A stretch of 64,000 bases of DNA from an uncultured virus (IMG/VR IMGVR_UViG_3300049259_000212) (taxonomy: Duplodnaviria; Heunggongvirae; Uroviricota; Caudoviricetes), in IMG/VR virus record IMGVR_UViG_3300049259_000212, one strand, 5' to 3'. Positions 16,905 to 28,963 of this stretch are shown here, piece by piece (within the stretch, counting starts at the first letter, position 1; every line of letters begins with the position of its first letter). The notes beneath the pieces are model-generated. The model searched no databases. It was not told the DNA's origin and saw only the letters and a list, made by a program, of their open reading frames with translations. The translations under genes were made by a program, and so were the position numbers.

Positions 16905-17452
16905 GTCGGAAGAGCCGCGGTTTTGAATGCGCTGGCGGCAGCATCGGCGGCAGATAAGAGCGGCGCCGTGTTGCCGAGGGGCCAGTCGATCTCTAGATCG
17001 TCATCGTCCCATCGGATCGAGTGCTGATCGTCAGGCCTGTAAGCCGCCGTGACCTTGTAGACAACGTCAGCACTCTCTGACGTCACGTAGAAGCCATGGG
17101 CGAATCCGGGAGGAATCCACAGCTGTCGACGATTTTCCGCTGATAGCAGGGTGCCGAACCAATATCCGAACATGGGTGACCCTTGGCGGATATCCACGGC
17201 AACATCGAAGATTTCTCCACGTGTCACATGGACCAGTTTTCCTTGCGGCGTCCGTAGCTGGTAGTGCAGCCCGCGCAAGGTTCCACGCGTCGATGAGGAA
17301 AGGTTGTCCTGCAAGAATTCGAGGCCGGTGCCAATATGGAGATCGCGATAGCGCTGGCTTTGGAACGTCTCCATGAAGCGTCCGCGCTCGTCACTGAAGC
17401 TATCGAGCTCCAATAGAATGACTCCTGGCAGGGTCGTTGGCAGAACTTTCAT
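16892..17452 (-). CDS. rmlC: dTDP-4-dehydrorhamnose 3,5-epimerase
   Basis: [30 protein letters not shown]. Confidence 0.96.
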   Translation of the reverse strand: MKVLPTTLPGVILLELDSFSDERGRFMETFQSQRYRDLHIGTGLEFLQDNLSSSTRGTLRGLHYQLRTPQGKLVHVTRGEIFDVAVDIRQGSPMFGYWFGTLLSAENRRQLWIPPGFAHGFYVTSESADVVYKVTAAYRPDDQHSIRWDDDDLEIDWPLGNTAPLLSAADAAASAFKTAALPTCGQ

Positions 17453-18318
17453 GGTGCGCCTTTCACTCCGCGCAAGTAACGCGCGTAGTCGCTGGATCCG
17501 AGCTGACTGATCAGCGCTTCCATCTGCACGGCGTCGATGTACCCGAGCCGATATGCGATCTCTTCGACGCAGCAGATCTTGAGACCTTGGCGTTTCTCGA
17601 TGACGGATACAAAGCTTGCCGCTTCGAGCAACGCGTCGGGCGTGCCCGTGTCCAGCCACGCATTGCCGCGCGAGAGCGCGTGGGCATGAAGTTCTCCACG
17701 GGCGAGGTACGTCTTGTTCACGTCGGTGATCTCGAGCTCGCCACGGGCGGAGAGCGCCAAGCTCTTCGCGATGCCGACGACACGATGATCGTAGATGTAG
17801 AGCCCTGTCACCGCGAAGTTCGACTTCGGATGCACAGGTTTCTCTTCGAGGCTGACGACGTGGCCAGCTTCGTCGAATTCCGCGACACCGTAGCGCTCAG
17901 GATCGCTCACTGCATACGTGAAGATGGTCGCGCCTGCATTGGACGCGACGCGTGCAGCAAACTGTTTGCCTAGCTCGTGGCCATAGAAGAGATTGTCCCC
18001 AAGCACCAGCGTCACGCTGTCCGTGCCGATGAAATCCGCTCCGATCAGGAACGCCTGCGCGATGCCTTCAGGTCGGGGCTGTGTGGCGTACTCGATACGT
18101 AAGCCCCATTGCGCACCATCCTTCAAGAGGCCCCGAAAGCGAGGCAGATCGTGCGGGGTGGTGATGACGAGGATGTCCTGGATGCCGCCGAGCATGAGCA
18201 TCGACAGCGGGTAGTAGATCATGGGCTTGTCGTAGACAGGCAAGAGCTGCTTCGACACGGCGGCTGTCATCGGTGACAGCCGTGTCCCACTGCCGCCCGC
18301 GAGAAGGATGCCCTTCAA
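17449..18318 (-). CDS. rmlA: glucose-1-phosphate thymidylyltransferase
   Basis: [49 protein letters not shown]. Confidence 0.97.
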   Translation of the reverse strand: MKGILLAGGSGTRLSPMTAAVSKQLLPVYDKPMIYYPLSMLMLGGIQDILVITTPHDLPRFRGLLKDGAQWGLRIEYATQPRPEGIAQAFLIGADFIGTDSVTLVLGDNLFYGHELGKQFAARVASNAGATIFTYAVSDPERYGVAEFDEAGHVVSLEEKPVHPKSNFAVTGLYIYDHRVVGIAKSLALSARGELEITDVNKTYLARGELHAHALSRGNAWLDTGTPDALLEAASFVSVIEKRQGLKICCVEEIAYRLGYIDAVQMEALISQLGSSDYARYLRGVKGAP

Positions 18319-18324
18319 ACGCTC

Positions 18325-18807
18325 TTAGTTCCCTTCACCCCGGTAGGGATATGCTCCACCGAGATACGGAGGTTTGGGAAGGCGCTCCGAGAACACGCGC
18401 CCTGCCTCCGTAATGCCGAAGAGGCCGTCGTTCTCTTTTACGAGAAAGCCGAGCTCTGCGAGATGCTGCCACAGCAAGCTAGGGCCCTTTCCAGGTCCAA
18501 GGCGGCCCGTTTGCATAGAAGCGATTTCACGCAGCACGTGCAGCGCGTCGCGGCTCAAGCAAATTCGTGACAGAGGCATGGGATCTGCGAGGAAGAGGCC
18601 GTCGCATGTTGGGGTCCAACGGCCTTCGAAGTAGATCAGATCCTTCTTTTTCAACTGCTCGAATAGCGCTCGCTGATGAGGCTCTATGACAACGCGCTCG
18701 TCGACGCGATACGCTTCGATGATCGATCGTAGTAACGCCCGCGCTGCGGATGAGAGCACACGTTGGGAAGTCCGCTGTCGAGTAGAAGACATTACGGACC
18801 CATGCAT
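18325..18807 (-). CDS. hypothetical protein, possibly tandem winged-helix
   Basis: L.ELGFLV.....FGITEAG motif; start overlaps the upstream stop. Confidence 0.45.
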   Translation of the reverse strand: MHGSVMSSTRQRTSQRVLSSAARALLRSIIEAYRVDERVVIEPHQRALFEQLKKKDLIYFEGRWTPTCDGLFLADPMPLSRICLSRDALHVLREIASMQTGRLGPGKGPSLLWQHLAELGFLVKENDGLFGITEAGRVFSERLPKPPYLGGAYPYRGEGN

Positions 18808-19649
18808 CAGTAGACCGTTCCTGTCGCGAGATCCATATGTCCTACGCGAACGCGCATGTCCACCGCGAATGTCTTGCCCATCTCCACCCAGCGTTTGCAC
18901 GCCCAGAGATCTTGTGTGAAACCTTGCGGTGAACCATCCACAATGTCGCTCACGGTCTTGAACCATGGTGCGGGGGTGTTCTTGAACAGCTCCATGCGGT
19001 ACAGCGAGCATCCCATCGCGATGCCGTTTACGGGCATCACGTGACCGCGCGCGAGCGCGTCAGTGATGTTGCGAGGCTTGAAGTCGAGGCGGCCGGTTCG
19101 CTTGTATTCGTCGGGATCACCATACGCCATGGGCATCGGGTACTCACCCTTGGTGAAATAGATGCCAGACACTCCGTCGTACTTGCCCGCCTCGATGGTC
19201 TCGAGTAATCGAATCAAGGCGTCGGCGGGCTGGAGATTGTCCGTCTCCATCGTCATGACGTACTTCCATTGGGATAGTTCGGGATGATCCAAGACCCCTT
19301 TGATCGTGTTGTTGTAGGCCTCACCCACCTCATCACCGATCACGACGAGCTTGGCGAACTTCTGATTCATCGGCCGAATGAGGCCTTCCCACGAGGCCTG
19401 GATGCGATGATGAATCATCTTGTCGCGCGATGGAACGATCGCGACGGTGGAGTTGTCCTTGTACGTCGATCCCGCAATCGTGAATGTGCGGTCGTAGCCG
19501 ATTCCCTCGGATCGGATCTTCGCGAGCTCGGTGACATCGATCATGCCACGCGCATCGGGCGGAGGGACCTGAATTACTTGCGCGCTGGGAAGTTTCGTTC
19601 CCGTTCGGATGTAGGGATTGCTAGAAGGAGGACGGCGGGATCTCGTCAC
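18807..19649 (-). CDS. GT-A fold (GT2-like) glycosyltransferase
   Basis: METDN (DxD-like), AMGCSL....FK..P.PWF, TQD..., D..V.VGH. Confidence 0.75.
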   Translation of the reverse strand: MTRSRRPPSSNPYIRTGTKLPSAQVIQVPPPDARGMIDVTELAKIRSEGIGYDRTFTIAGSTYKDNSTVAIVPSRDKMIHHRIQASWEGLIRPMNQKFAKLVVIGDEVGEAYNNTIKGVLDHPELSQWKYVMTMETDNLQPADALIRLLETIEAGKYDGVSGIYFTKGEYPMPMAYGDPDEYKRTGRLDFKPRNITDALARGHVMPVNGIAMGCSLYRMELFKNTPAPWFKTVSDIVDGSPQGFTQDLWACKRWVEMGKTFAVDMRVRVGHMDLATGTVY

Positions 19650-19708
19650 GTCAACACCCTATCGAACTGCCTGACAAACCACTAGATCTCTTGGGTAGGC
19701 TTTCACCC

Positions 19709-20440
19709 ATGCAGAGATCTCTCCTGAAACAATCTGTTGTTAGTGTTCTGTTGGGGATCTGTCTCGAAACGGGCTGCACTACTTCGCCATCGTCGATCAC
19801 GATCATCAACACGCCTCCGAGCGAGAGTCCCGCAACGCGCTGGATCTTCCTCGCGGGAGAAGGGCAAACCGAAGAGCAAGCGCGCCTATGGTGGCACTTG
19901 CCTGACGAGATCGAGGTGCGTGAAGCACCGTCGCCGCGATGGAACGCCTCTGCCATGGATCGCCGCGATGACACTGATGACACTGCCCAGTTTATCGACC
20001 TCGCAGATGAAGCGCCGCTCGTGTTGCTTGGGCATGGCAATGGGGCGTCGATGGCGTGGCGAATCGCGTGCGCGCATCCGACGGCGGTGCGCGCGATCGT
20101 CATGCTTGCGGGAAGCGCGACACCAGATGATCCTGCCTGCGGTACGGTCGGAGCGTTCTCGACGCTGAATGTCCACGGAACGCTGGACGATATTGTCCCC
20201 TACTCGACGGCGTGGCCCACGTTTGGTCAAGCGCAGATGCTCGCGCGCTGCACGAAGCTGGAGCAGGGTAACGTTTACTACGACCTCGGGGTTCCGGTGG
20301 ACGCGTTCTCCTGTCTCAACACAGAGGGACGCGGCATCGTCAGCGCAGAGCACTGGCGCGCGATCGGATGGGGTCATGCGCCGACGCTGCCTGATGACTG
20401 GTGGCCGGCGATCAGTGGCTGGATCGATCTACGACTGTAG
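19709..20440 (+). CDS. alpha/beta-hydrolase fold protein (PHB-depolymerase/LpqP-like), nucleophile Ser absent
   Basis: LLGHGNGASMA..IAC.HP, HGT.D.IVPY, GWGH. Confidence 0.65.
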   Translation: MQRSLLKQSVVSVLLGICLETGCTTSPSSITIINTPPSESPATRWIFLAGEGQTEEQARLWWHLPDEIEVREAPSPRWNASAMDRRDDTDDTAQFIDLADEAPLVLLGHGNGASMAWRIACAHPTAVRAIVMLAGSATPDDPACGTVGAFSTLNVHGTLDDIVPYSTAWPTFGQAQMLARCTKLEQGNVYYDLGVPVDAFSCLNTEGRGIVSAEHWRAIGWGHAPTLPDDWWPAISGWIDLRL

Positions 20441-20452
20441 GCAGGCTTTCCG

Positions 20453-22681
20453 CTAAACGCCAAGAATGGCGAATCGCGGAATGAAGACGGAAGATCCAAA
20501 AGCACCCTGCATATTCACCTGAGAGGCCGCGAAACTCTGCGTGGTATTCATTGGATTGATCGATCCTGATGTCAAGTAATTGGTCGTGTTGACATTGACT
20601 CCGAGGGGCGCCATTTGTGTTTGACCGACCAAGAACACACCGCCCGCTCCTCCAGAGGAAGTGGCGAGCGCGACCATGATGTCACCCGCAGGGACATGAA
20701 TCTGAGGAAAGGTGAAGCCGACTGATCCAAATAGCGGGCTAATCGAAAAGGAGATTGTGCCACTGGCCGAGCTGATCAAGGACGCTGTTTGGCCATTGAT
20801 GCCGTATACGCCGAACGACACGGAAAGTGTGCACATGTTCGTCGTGACTTGCGACGCAAAGAGATCAAACTGAGTGGCCGACAAACCGCCTTGCAGTTGG
20901 AGCCGAAATACCTGAGCGCTTGCAAAAGGCAGTTGGCCACTTGTGAATGGAACGACACCGTTATCGATCGCGGAAATCGCAACGCCTGCTGTGGGAAACG
21001 CCGACATCGTCGCCGCGTTCGAGATGATGCCGACATTGTTGAGCGCGGCCATCAGGTTATTGAAAGCGGTCGCGTCTGTTCCCGTGACGGTTTGTCGTGT
21101 CGCGCCCGCCGCGCCATAGAAAGCAACCGTGCGATTGGTAGCTGCGCCGATCTCATTACGATCGCCACGCAGATACGCGCCACCGGGGCCGGCCTCAAGA
21201 ATGATATCGCCAAGACCGCCCGCCGTGATGTTGACGTTGCCGTTCGCGTTCGAGATGCGGATCGGCACGCCAGAACCGAGAATCTGAACGGATTCGTTCG
21301 CTGTACCTGACAAACTTGCAGCGCGCGCGGTGACAGTCGATCCGTTGGTGCCGAAAGAGATGCCGTTGGAGCTTGCAAGTAGAAACGAGGATTGTGCTGG
21401 AAACGCGATCGAGGCAGTGATCTGCGAGCTACCAGCCATGCCGAACGAGATCGAGTTGCTGTTTACGAATCCAACCGTGCCGCTCGTAGCGGTCTGCGTT
21501 CCGGCCGCGATCGCTCCAAGGTTTCCTGTGGCGAATGCGCTTACGGTTGCGTTGTTGGAGATCAGGCCGTGAGATCCGAGGATTGCAAAGAGGTTATTGA
21601 TCGCGGTCGCATTCGTGCCTGTTAGCGTCTGCTTGGTGACACCCGCAGAATTGAAGAAACCGACGGAGTTACCGCTGCCGCCGATGATGACGGATCCAGC
21701 GCCTGTGTTGAGAATACGAACGCCACCGGTCGCAGAGATCGAGATCGCTAACGCGGCCTGGACGAAAACGTTCGCACCGCCTTGGAATTGCGCGTTGTTG
21801 TTTCCGAAGAGGTTGAGCGATCCGTTCGCGGTCATTTGTATGTTCTGCGCGGCAACGAATGTCATGCTGCTCGCGGAGAGGGCGATCGCGCTCGTGGCTG
21901 AAATTGTTCCATTGCTCGCACCCTGAACAATGAAATTCTCCGCCCCCGTGGCAAGCACCGAGGCAACGCGTGCGGTGACGGTAGATCCATTGGTGCCGAA
22001 GGAGACACCGTTCGAACTCACGAAGACGAGTGAGCTTTGCGCGGGGAATGCGATGCTCGCTGTGATCTGCGAGTTCCCCAACATTCCAAAGGAGATCGAG
22101 TTGCTGTCCGCGAGGAGTACCGTACCGCTCGCAGCGGTCTGCGTTCCCGCAGCGAGTGCAAACGGAATCGCCGCGGGGAAGCTCGCGCTCGCGGTGACTG
22201 AGGATCCGTTCGTGCCGAATGTGACGTTGTTTGCGGCGATGAAGACGTAGTCGGGACCGATAGGACCTGTCGGGCCGATGACACCCGTCGCACCTGTGGT
22301 ACCTGTCGGGCCCGTCGGTCCCAATGCGCCTATGTTGCCGGTAGGTCCGGTGGATCCGGTTGATCCGGCAGTTCCTGCGGATCCTGTCGGCCCTGTAGGT
22401 CCTGTCGCACCGGCGCCCGTAGGTCCGGTGGGTCCTGTGGCGCCCGTACCGCTTGCGCTTCCGGCAGGACCCGTTGATCCGGTGGGCCCCGTTCCACCCG
22501 GACCTGTTGGTCCAGTAGAGCCTGTGCCGCCCGTGCTGCTTCCACCTGGTCCTGTAGGACCTGTGAAGCCCGTGGGCCCGGTGGGGCCTGTTGGTCCTGT
22601 GCCGCGTGAGGGACCCGTCGGCCCTGTCGTACCCGTAGGCGCGGGGCAGCGATTATCGCAGCGGATCATTCTCTCGGGCAC
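20453..22681 (-). CDS. collagen-like repeat fibre protein (short paralogue)
   Basis: [14 protein letters not shown]-terminus, GPT repeats, [18 protein letters not shown] repeats. Confidence 0.85.
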   Translation of the reverse strand: MPERMIRCDNRCPAPTGTTGPTGPSRGTGPTGPTGPTGFTGPTGPGGSSTGGTGSTGPTGPGGTGPTGSTGPAGSASGTGATGPTGPTGAGATGPTGPTGSAGTAGSTGSTGPTGNIGALGPTGPTGTTGATGVIGPTGPIGPDYVFIAANNVTFGTNGSSVTASASFPAAIPFALAAGTQTAASGTVLLADSNSISFGMLGNSQITASIAFPAQSSLVFVSSNGVSFGTNGSTVTARVASVLATGAENFIVQGASNGTISATSAIALSASSMTFVAAQNIQMTANGSLNLFGNNNAQFQGGANVFVQAALAISISATGGVRILNTGAGSVIIGGSGNSVGFFNSAGVTKQTLTGTNATAINNLFAILGSHGLISNNATVSAFATGNLGAIAAGTQTATSGTVGFVNSNSISFGMAGSSQITASIAFPAQSSFLLASSNGISFGTNGSTVTARAASLSGTANESVQILGSGVPIRISNANGNVNITAGGLGDIILEAGPGGAYLRGDRNEIGAATNRTVAFYGAAGATRQTVTGTDATAFNNLMAALNNVGIISNAATMSAFPTAGVAISAIDNGVVPFTSGQLPFASAQVFRLQLQGGLSATQFDLFASQVTTNMCTLSVSFGVYGINGQTASLISSASGTISFSISPLFGSVGFTFPQIHVPAGDIMVALATSSGGAGGVFLVGQTQMAPLGVNVNTTNYLTSGSINPMNTTQSFAASQVNMQGAFGSSVFIPRFAILGV

Positions 22682-22925
22682 GACACCTCAGCCTACTACG
22701 ACGAAAATAAATCCTACAGTTTTCGGCAGATCGTCGTCCCACCACGAAGAGTGCGGTGAGGTCGATCGTGACCACGGCTAGGTGCGTTCGAGACGAAACC
22801 ATTGCTGTGCTGACTGCCCGACATTGCTGACCCCCAAGTTTGTCTCCTGAAGGCTCATTTGTGACGCGGCGATCGAATTCGGCCATGCAGCCGTTGCCGC
22901 GCTATAGCGGCCCCAGAATGGGAAA

Positions 22926-22986
22926 CCAACCATAGCTCAGTGGCAGAGCAGCGGGATTAGATAATCTGCGCGCCCGCGATTCGCGG
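22926..22986 (+). pseudogene. degenerate tRNA remnant
   Basis: TA-GCTC-AGTGGCA-GAGC D arm and an irregular anticodon hairpin; no proper acceptor or T arm. Confidence 0.4.
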
Positions 22987-22996
22987 TGAGGCCTCT

Positions 22997-25900
22997 CTAG
23001 GTCGAAACGCGCAGCGCGTAGACCGGTTGGCGATAGGCTGCCGTGTTGGACGCGAAGATCTGTGTGAACCCCATCGATGCGGGCAGGGCGGCTGACGATG
23101 CGCTGAATGTGCCGAACCCGGGCGACGTCTGGCCCGCGGCGTTCGACGGCGGCGAGCCCAGTAAACCCGAGAATGCGACGGCGACGCTCGGGACGACGGC
23201 GAAAAAGCTGGCGCTCGGATCGGCACCCAGCGTGGAGGACGTGTTGCCGATCGCCATCCAGTAATCACCCGCGCTCAGCGACGTTGCCCACGGGAATGCG
23301 GCGACGCGCAGGCCGCCGAAGAGCGACGAATTCACCGCGCCGCTGATCGAGTATGCCGACGTGAGCAGCGTCGAGGCGTACAACGACAGGGTCGACACGT
23401 TGCGCGTGTAGATGCCAGCGCTGATCGACCACGTGATAGATCCTGTGACGCCCACCGGGTTGATGACGGAGACCGGGAACGCGATTTGGTTGAACGTGAG
23501 GTTGGGCACATTCGGCATCGGCTGCACCGCGATCACGGTGCTGAGCCGGAGCAGGGTGCTGATTGCCACGTTCTGGAAGTAGGGATCGAACTGCGAGTAC
23601 GTGGCACCACCGCCGCCGGCCGCGAAGGTGGCCGTCGCGGTGATCGTGTTGCCGTTCATTCCGAACGAAATGTTGTTGCTGTTCGAAAAGACGATCGACC
23701 CGTTTGAGGCCGATGAGCCGGCCGCCGACGCGGTGAGCCCGGATACGGACGCCGTGACCGTCTGGCCGTTGACGCCGAAGGACACGCCGTGACTGTCGGC
23801 GAACACGAGCTCGCCGGTCGTCACCCGCGTGGTGCCTGCGCTGATCGACTGGATGCCGGGCTGCGCGCTCTGCGCGATCGTGGCCGTGATGGTGTTGCCA
23901 TTCATCCCGAACGAAATGTTGTTCGAGTTGGAGAACACCACCGTCCCCGACGAGGCCGAGCTACCCGCCGCCGAGACGCCGCCGATCGCGGGCTGCACCG
24001 TCTGACTAAAGCTCGCGCTCGCGGTAACCGTGGAGCCGTTCGTTCCGAACGAGACATTGTTGCTGTTGGACAGCACAAATACCGTCTGTGCCGGGAAGGA
24101 GATCGACGCGGTGATCTGCGACGACCCCGACATGCCGAACGAGATCGAGTTGCTGTTCGCGAAGACGACGGTGCCCGATGTCGCGGTTTGCGTGCCCGCC
24201 ACAGCGGCGATGCCACCACCGCCGAACCCAGATGTAAAATTCGCGTTGGTCGTGATGAGCCCGTAGGCGACCAGCGCGTTGGCGAGGTTTTGGACAGCGA
24301 GAGGGCCAGTTCCCGTAACACTTTGACGCGTAGCGCCCGGCGAACCGAAGAAACCTACGTTCGCATTCGAGACTGGTCCGAGAACCAAGCTCGCAGCGCT
24401 GATCGTTGCGCCTCCGACAGCGGTCAGTCGTAGGTTGTTAGCGTTCAGCTCGATATCATTGACCGCCAACCATCCCATCGAACCGTTGGCGAACATCGCC
24501 ATGTCGCTACCCGCATTGATGGTCGCGTTTGCGCCCGCCGTGAGCGAAAGATTCGCCTGAGCCGCTATGTTGACGTCTCCGGTCGCCGCGTTTAACGCGA
24601 TTCTCGAAGCGGCCACGACGAAGGCGGACGCAGCCTGTACGCTGACGTCACTACCGGCTGAGATTCGGACGATACCGGCCGACGACACTGATCCCACGGC
24701 CGCCGTCATTCGTGACGAGCCCGACAAGCCGAACACGACACCGTTCGAACTCGAAAAGTTCACCGTCCCGGTAGAAACACTTTGTGTTCCTGCGGAGAGA
24801 GCAACACCACCGCCGCCAAACGGATTGATCGTAGCCCCGTTTGAAATGAGGCCGTAGCTCCCGAGCACATTGAGCAGGTTGTTCAATGCGGTCGCGTCGG
24901 TACCGGTCACCGTTTGTTTTGTCGTACCTGAGCTTCCGAAAAAGCCGACGTTATTGATCGATCCGCCGATGATGACGGTAGAGTTTGACGACGCACTCAA
25001 GCTGATGAGTTGTCCGCCGACGAGGCCAATCGATCCTGTGGACGCGTTGACACTTACGAGCGCTCCACGACCGATCAAATTGACCGTGTTGCCGACCTGG
25101 ATCGACAGGTCTGCACCAATGGTCATGATGCCCGCGCCACCACCGGCGAGGATCAGATTGCCTCCACCCGTCACGCTAACGAGGTTGGCTGCTTGAAGCG
25201 TCGCGTTTGACGCGACGATGGAAAGGTTGCTGGCGGCTCCAACAGAAATGTTACTTCCTGCGGTCATCACAGCGTTACTTGCGGCGGTGATCAGCGCTGT
25301 CTGGGCACCTGTTGCAGACACCGTCGCGACGACCGCCGTGACGGTCGATCCATTCGTACCGAAGCTGACGCCGTTACTCGAGGACAGTACAAAAGCGCTT
25401 TGGGCAGGGAACGCGATCGACGCAGTGATCTGCGACGATCCGACCATTCCGAACGAAATCAAGTTCGAATTGACGAGCGCAACCGTGCCAGAGGTCGCGG
25501 TCTGTGTGCCGGCAGCGAGGTTGATCGCAGGCTGCGTCGTTTGCGCTGGGAACGAGGCGGTCGCGGTGATCGTCGAGCCGTTCGTTCCGAACGAGACGTT
25601 GTTCGAGTTTGATAGGATGAAGGCGGTCTGGGTAGGAAACGCGATCGACGCGGTGATCTGAGAACTGCCTGCCATACCGAACGAGATCGAGTTCGAATTG
25701 ACGAGTGCGACCGTGCCAGAGGTTGCGGTCTGCGTGCCAGCCGCAAGATTGATCGCGGGCTGTGTCGTCTGCGCGGGAAAGGCGATCGAGGCAGTGATCT
25801 GCGACGAACCTGCCATACCGAAGGAGATCGAGTTCGAGTTGACCAGCACCGCTGTGCCGGAAGTCGCGGTCTGCGTCCCTGCGGCGAGGTTGATTGCAGG

Positions 25901-28900
25901 CTGTGTCGTTTGCGCAAACGTCGCGGTCGCGGTGATCGTTGAACCGTTGGTGCCGAAAGAAACGTTGTTCGAATTCGAGAGAACGAACGCGGTCTGCGCG
26001 GGGAACGCGATCGAGGCAGTGATCTGCGAGCTGCCTGCCATACCGAACGAGATCGAGTTCGAATTGACGAGCGCGACCGTGCCGGAGGTCGCGGTCTGGG
26101 TGCCGGCAGCGAGATTGATTGCGGGCTGTGTTGTTTGTGCAGGGAACGCGACGGAAGCCGTGATCTGGGATGACCCGACCATGCCGAAGGAGATCGAGTT
26201 GCTATTGACGAGACTGACAGTACCGCTCGTCGCAGTTTGCGTTCCGGCAGCCAGGTTGACCGCAGGCTGGACCGTCTGTGCGGGGACGCTCACAGTGGCG
26301 GTGACTGTTGATCCATTCGTTCCAAATGAAACGTTGTTGCTGTTGGACAGGATGAACGCTGTCTGTGCGGGGAACGCGATCGAGGCAGTGATCTGGGAAC
26401 TGCCGGCCATACCGAACGAGATCGAGTTCGAATTGACGAGCGCAACCGTGCCGGAGGTGGCGGTCTGGGTGCCGGCAGCGAGGTTGATCGCAGGCTGTGC
26501 CGTTTGCGCCGGAAACGAGGCGGTTGCCGTAATCGTTGAGCCGTTGGTTCCGAACGAGACGTTATTCGAATTCGAGAGGATGAACGCGGTCTGCGCGGGG
26601 AACGCGATCGAGGCAGTGATCTGCGACGAGCCTGCCATGCCGAATGAAATCGAATTCGAATTGACGAGCGCGACCGTGCCAGAGGTCGCGGTTTGAGTGC
26701 CGGCGGCGAGGTTGATCGCGGGCTGTGTCGTCTGCGCGGGAAAGGCGATCGAGGCAGTGATCTGGGACGAACCTGCCATGCCAAAGGAGATCGAGTTCGA
26801 ATTGACGAGCCCGACAGTGCCAGAGGTTGCGGTCTGCGTGCCGGCCGCGAGGTTGATCGCGGGCTGGACTGTTTGCGCAGGGAACGTCGCGGTCGCGGTG
26901 ATCGTCGATCCGTTGGTGCCAAACGAGACGTTGTTCGAATTCGAAAGAATGAAAGCGGTTTGTGCGGGAAACGCGATCGAGGCAGTGATCTGCGAGCTGC
27001 CTGCCATACCGAACGAGATCGAGTTCGAATTGACGAGCCCGACAGTGCCGCTCGAGGCAGTCTGCGTTCCGGCGGCGATCGCGCCGAGATTGCCCGTTGC
27101 GAACGCGCTCACCGTCGCGTTGTTAGAGATAAGCCCGTGCGATCCGAGGATCGCGAACAGGTTGTTGATCGCGGTAGCATTCGTGCCCGTGAGGGCTTGT
27201 TTGACAACGCCCTGGGAGTCGAAGAAGCCCAGCGAGTTCGCCGCACCGCCGATGCGTACCGAGCCGGCGCCCGTGTTGAGAATGCGGATTCCGCCTGTCG
27301 CGGAAATCGAGATGGCCGCCGCCGCTTGAACAAAAACATTTGCGCCGCCTTGGAGCTGCGCGTTGTTGTTGCCGAACAGATTGAGCGAACCGTTCGCGCT
27401 CATGTTTACGTTCTGCGCCGCAACAAAGGTCATGTTGCTTGCGGAGACGGCGATCGCGCTCGTGGCCGAAATCGTTCCATTGCTCGCACCCTGAACAACG
27501 AAGTTTTCAGCGCCTGTGGCAAGAACTGACGCGACGCGAGCGGTGACCGTAGATCCGTTGGTTCCGAACGAGACCCCGTTCGAGCTCACGAAGCCAAAGG
27601 CGCTTTGGGCTGGGAATGAAATGCTCGCCGTAATCTGCGAGTCCCCGGCCATGCCAAAGGAAATCGAATTGCTGTCGGCAAGAAGAACTGTGCCGCTCGC
27701 CGCTGTTTGTGTACCAGCGGCGAGAGCGAACGGAATCGGGGCCGGGAAGCTCGCGCTTGCGGTAACCGAGGATCCGTTCGTGCCGAATGAAACGTTGTTC
27801 GCGTCGATGAAGACGTAGTCAGGACCGATGGGGCCTGTCGGACCGATGATGCCTGCGGCACCCGTGCTACCGGTTGGTCCGGTGGGACCAATGGATCCCG
27901 TGCTGCCTGTGGGACCCGTGGTTCCGACGGTGCCGGTGAAACCTGTCGGGCCCGTGGGCCCCATCATTCCCGTGTCGCCTGTGGGACCCGTGGGTCCGAC
28001 GGTGCCGGTGAAACCTGTCGGCCCCGTGGGCCCGATCGTTCCCGTGTCGCCTGTGGGACCCGTGGGTCCGACGGTGCCGGTGAAACCTGTCGGCCCCGTG
28101 GGCCCGATCGTTCCCGTGTCGCCTGTGGGACCTGTCGATCCCGTCGGTCCGATCGTGCCTGCGGAGCCCGTTGAACCTGTCGGTCCTGTGGATCCGATCG
28201 CACCCGTGGTTCCTGTTGGACCTGTCGGCCCGATCGCGCCACTGTCGCCCGTAGGACCCGTGGCGCCGGTGCTTCCAATCACGCCTGTGGATCCAGTCGG
28301 ACCTGTCGCTCCGATGGCGCCTGCGGCTCCCGTGGATCCAGTAGGCCCGATCAAGCCGGCAGCGCCCGTTGGACCTGTCGGGCCTGTGGATCCGATCGTT
28401 CCCGGATCGCCCATAGAACCTGTTGGACCTGTCGGTCCGATCGTTCCTGGATCGCCTGTATCACCTGTGGAACCCGTTGGTCCCGTCAAACCCGTGTTTC
28501 CCGTCGGACCGATCACTCCTGCTTCGCCCGTCGGTCCTGTTGGGCCCGTGGCTCCTGTACCGCTCGCGCTCCCGGCAGGACCTGTTGGACCGACAAGGCC
28601 GGCATCGCCTGTCGGACCCGTTGGTCCCGTCGCACCTGTGGCGCTCGCAGTTCCCGCAGGGCCTGTGGATCCCGTAGCTCCCGTGACACCACTTGATCCG
28701 GTAGGTCCTGTGGCACCGGTCGAACTCGCGGCTCCCGCAGGACCTGTCGATCCAGTCACGCCTGTAGGGCCGACGGGGCCTGTGGCTCCTGTCGATCCTG
28801 TTCCCCCGGTGCCGCCGCCAGCAGGCCCTGTCGGACCCGTCGATCCACTGCCCGTGGCTCCTGTGGGGCCCGTGGGCCCTGTTCCGCGCGACGGCCCCGT

Positions 28901-28963
28901 TGGACCCGTGGTGCCGGTCGGAGCGGGGCACCGGTTGTCACAACGGATCATTCTCTCGGGCAC
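22997..28963 (-). CDS. giant collagen-like repeat fibre protein (1988 aa)
   Basis: same N-terminus as 20453..22681; long Gly-X-Thr tract; many [31 protein letters not shown] and [15 protein letters not shown] modules. Confidence 0.9.
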   Translation of the reverse strand: MPERMIRCDNRCPAPTGTTGPTGPSRGTGPTGPTGATGSGSTGPTGPAGGGTGGTGSTGATGPVGPTGVTGSTGPAGAASSTGATGPTGSSGVTGATGSTGPAGTASATGATGPTGPTGDAGLVGPTGPAGSASGTGATGPTGPTGEAGVIGPTGNTGLTGPTGSTGDTGDPGTIGPTGPTGSMGDPGTIGSTGPTGPTGAAGLIGPTGSTGAAGAIGATGPTGSTGVIGSTGATGPTGDSGAIGPTGPTGTTGAIGSTGPTGSTGSAGTIGPTGSTGPTGDTGTIGPTGPTGFTGTVGPTGPTGDTGTIGPTGPTGFTGTVGPTGPTGDTGMMGPTGPTGFTGTVGTTGPTGSTGSIGPTGPTGSTGAAGIIGPTGPIGPDYVFIDANNVSFGTNGSSVTASASFPAPIPFALAAGTQTAASGTVLLADSNSISFGMAGDSQITASISFPAQSAFGFVSSNGVSFGTNGSTVTARVASVLATGAENFVVQGASNGTISATSAIAVSASNMTFVAAQNVNMSANGSLNLFGNNNAQLQGGANVFVQAAAAISISATGGIRILNTGAGSVRIGGAANSLGFFDSQGVVKQALTGTNATAINNLFAILGSHGLISNNATVSAFATGNLGAIAAGTQTASSGTVGLVNSNSISFGMAGSSQITASIAFPAQTAFILSNSNNVSFGTNGSTITATATFPAQTVQPAINLAAGTQTATSGTVGLVNSNSISFGMAGSSQITASIAFPAQTTQPAINLAAGTQTATSGTVALVNSNSISFGMAGSSQITASIAFPAQTAFILSNSNNVSFGTNGSTITATASFPAQTAQPAINLAAGTQTATSGTVALVNSNSISFGMAGSSQITASIAFPAQTAFILSNSNNVSFGTNGSTVTATVSVPAQTVQPAVNLAAGTQTATSGTVSLVNSNSISFGMVGSSQITASVAFPAQTTQPAINLAAGTQTATSGTVALVNSNSISFGMAGSSQITASIAFPAQTAFVLSNSNNVSFGTNGSTITATATFAQTTQPAINLAAGTQTATSGTAVLVNSNSISFGMAGSSQITASIAFPAQTTQPAINLAAGTQTATSGTVALVNSNSISFGMAGSSQITASIAFPTQTAFILSNSNNVSFGTNGSTITATASFPAQTTQPAINLAAGTQTATSGTVALVNSNLISFGMVGSSQITASIAFPAQSAFVLSSSNGVSFGTNGSTVTAVVATVSATGAQTALITAASNAVMTAGSNISVGAASNLSIVASNATLQAANLVSVTGGGNLILAGGGAGIMTIGADLSIQVGNTVNLIGRGALVSVNASTGSIGLVGGQLISLSASSNSTVIIGGSINNVGFFGSSGTTKQTVTGTDATALNNLLNVLGSYGLISNGATINPFGGGGVALSAGTQSVSTGTVNFSSSNGVVFGLSGSSRMTAAVGSVSSAGIVRISAGSDVSVQAASAFVVAASRIALNAATGDVNIAAQANLSLTAGANATINAGSDMAMFANGSMGWLAVNDIELNANNLRLTAVGGATISAASLVLGPVSNANVGFFGSPGATRQSVTGTGPLAVQNLANALVAYGLITTNANFTSGFGGGGIAAVAGTQTATSGTVVFANSNSISFGMSGSSQITASISFPAQTVFVLSNSNNVSFGTNGSTVTASASFSQTVQPAIGGVSAAGSSASSGTVVFSNSNNISFGMNGNTITATIAQSAQPGIQSISAGTTRVTTGELVFADSHGVSFGVNGQTVTASVSGLTASAAGSSASNGSIVFSNSNNISFGMNGNTITATATFAAGGGGATYSQFDPYFQNVAISTLLRLSTVIAVQPMPNVPNLTFNQIAFPVSVINPVGVTGSITWSISAGIYTRNVSTLSLYASTLLTSAYSISGAVNSSLFGGLRVAAFPWATSLSAGDYWMAIGNTSSTLGADPSASFFAVVPSVAVAFSGLLGSPPSNAAGQTSPGFGTFSASSAALPASMGFTQIFASNTAAYRQPVYALRVST
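27906..28132. repeat. 72-bp tandem repeat (~3 copies) within the collagen tract
   Basis: 27969-28040 is identical to 28041-28112; partial or diverged copies on both sides. Confidence 0.85.
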
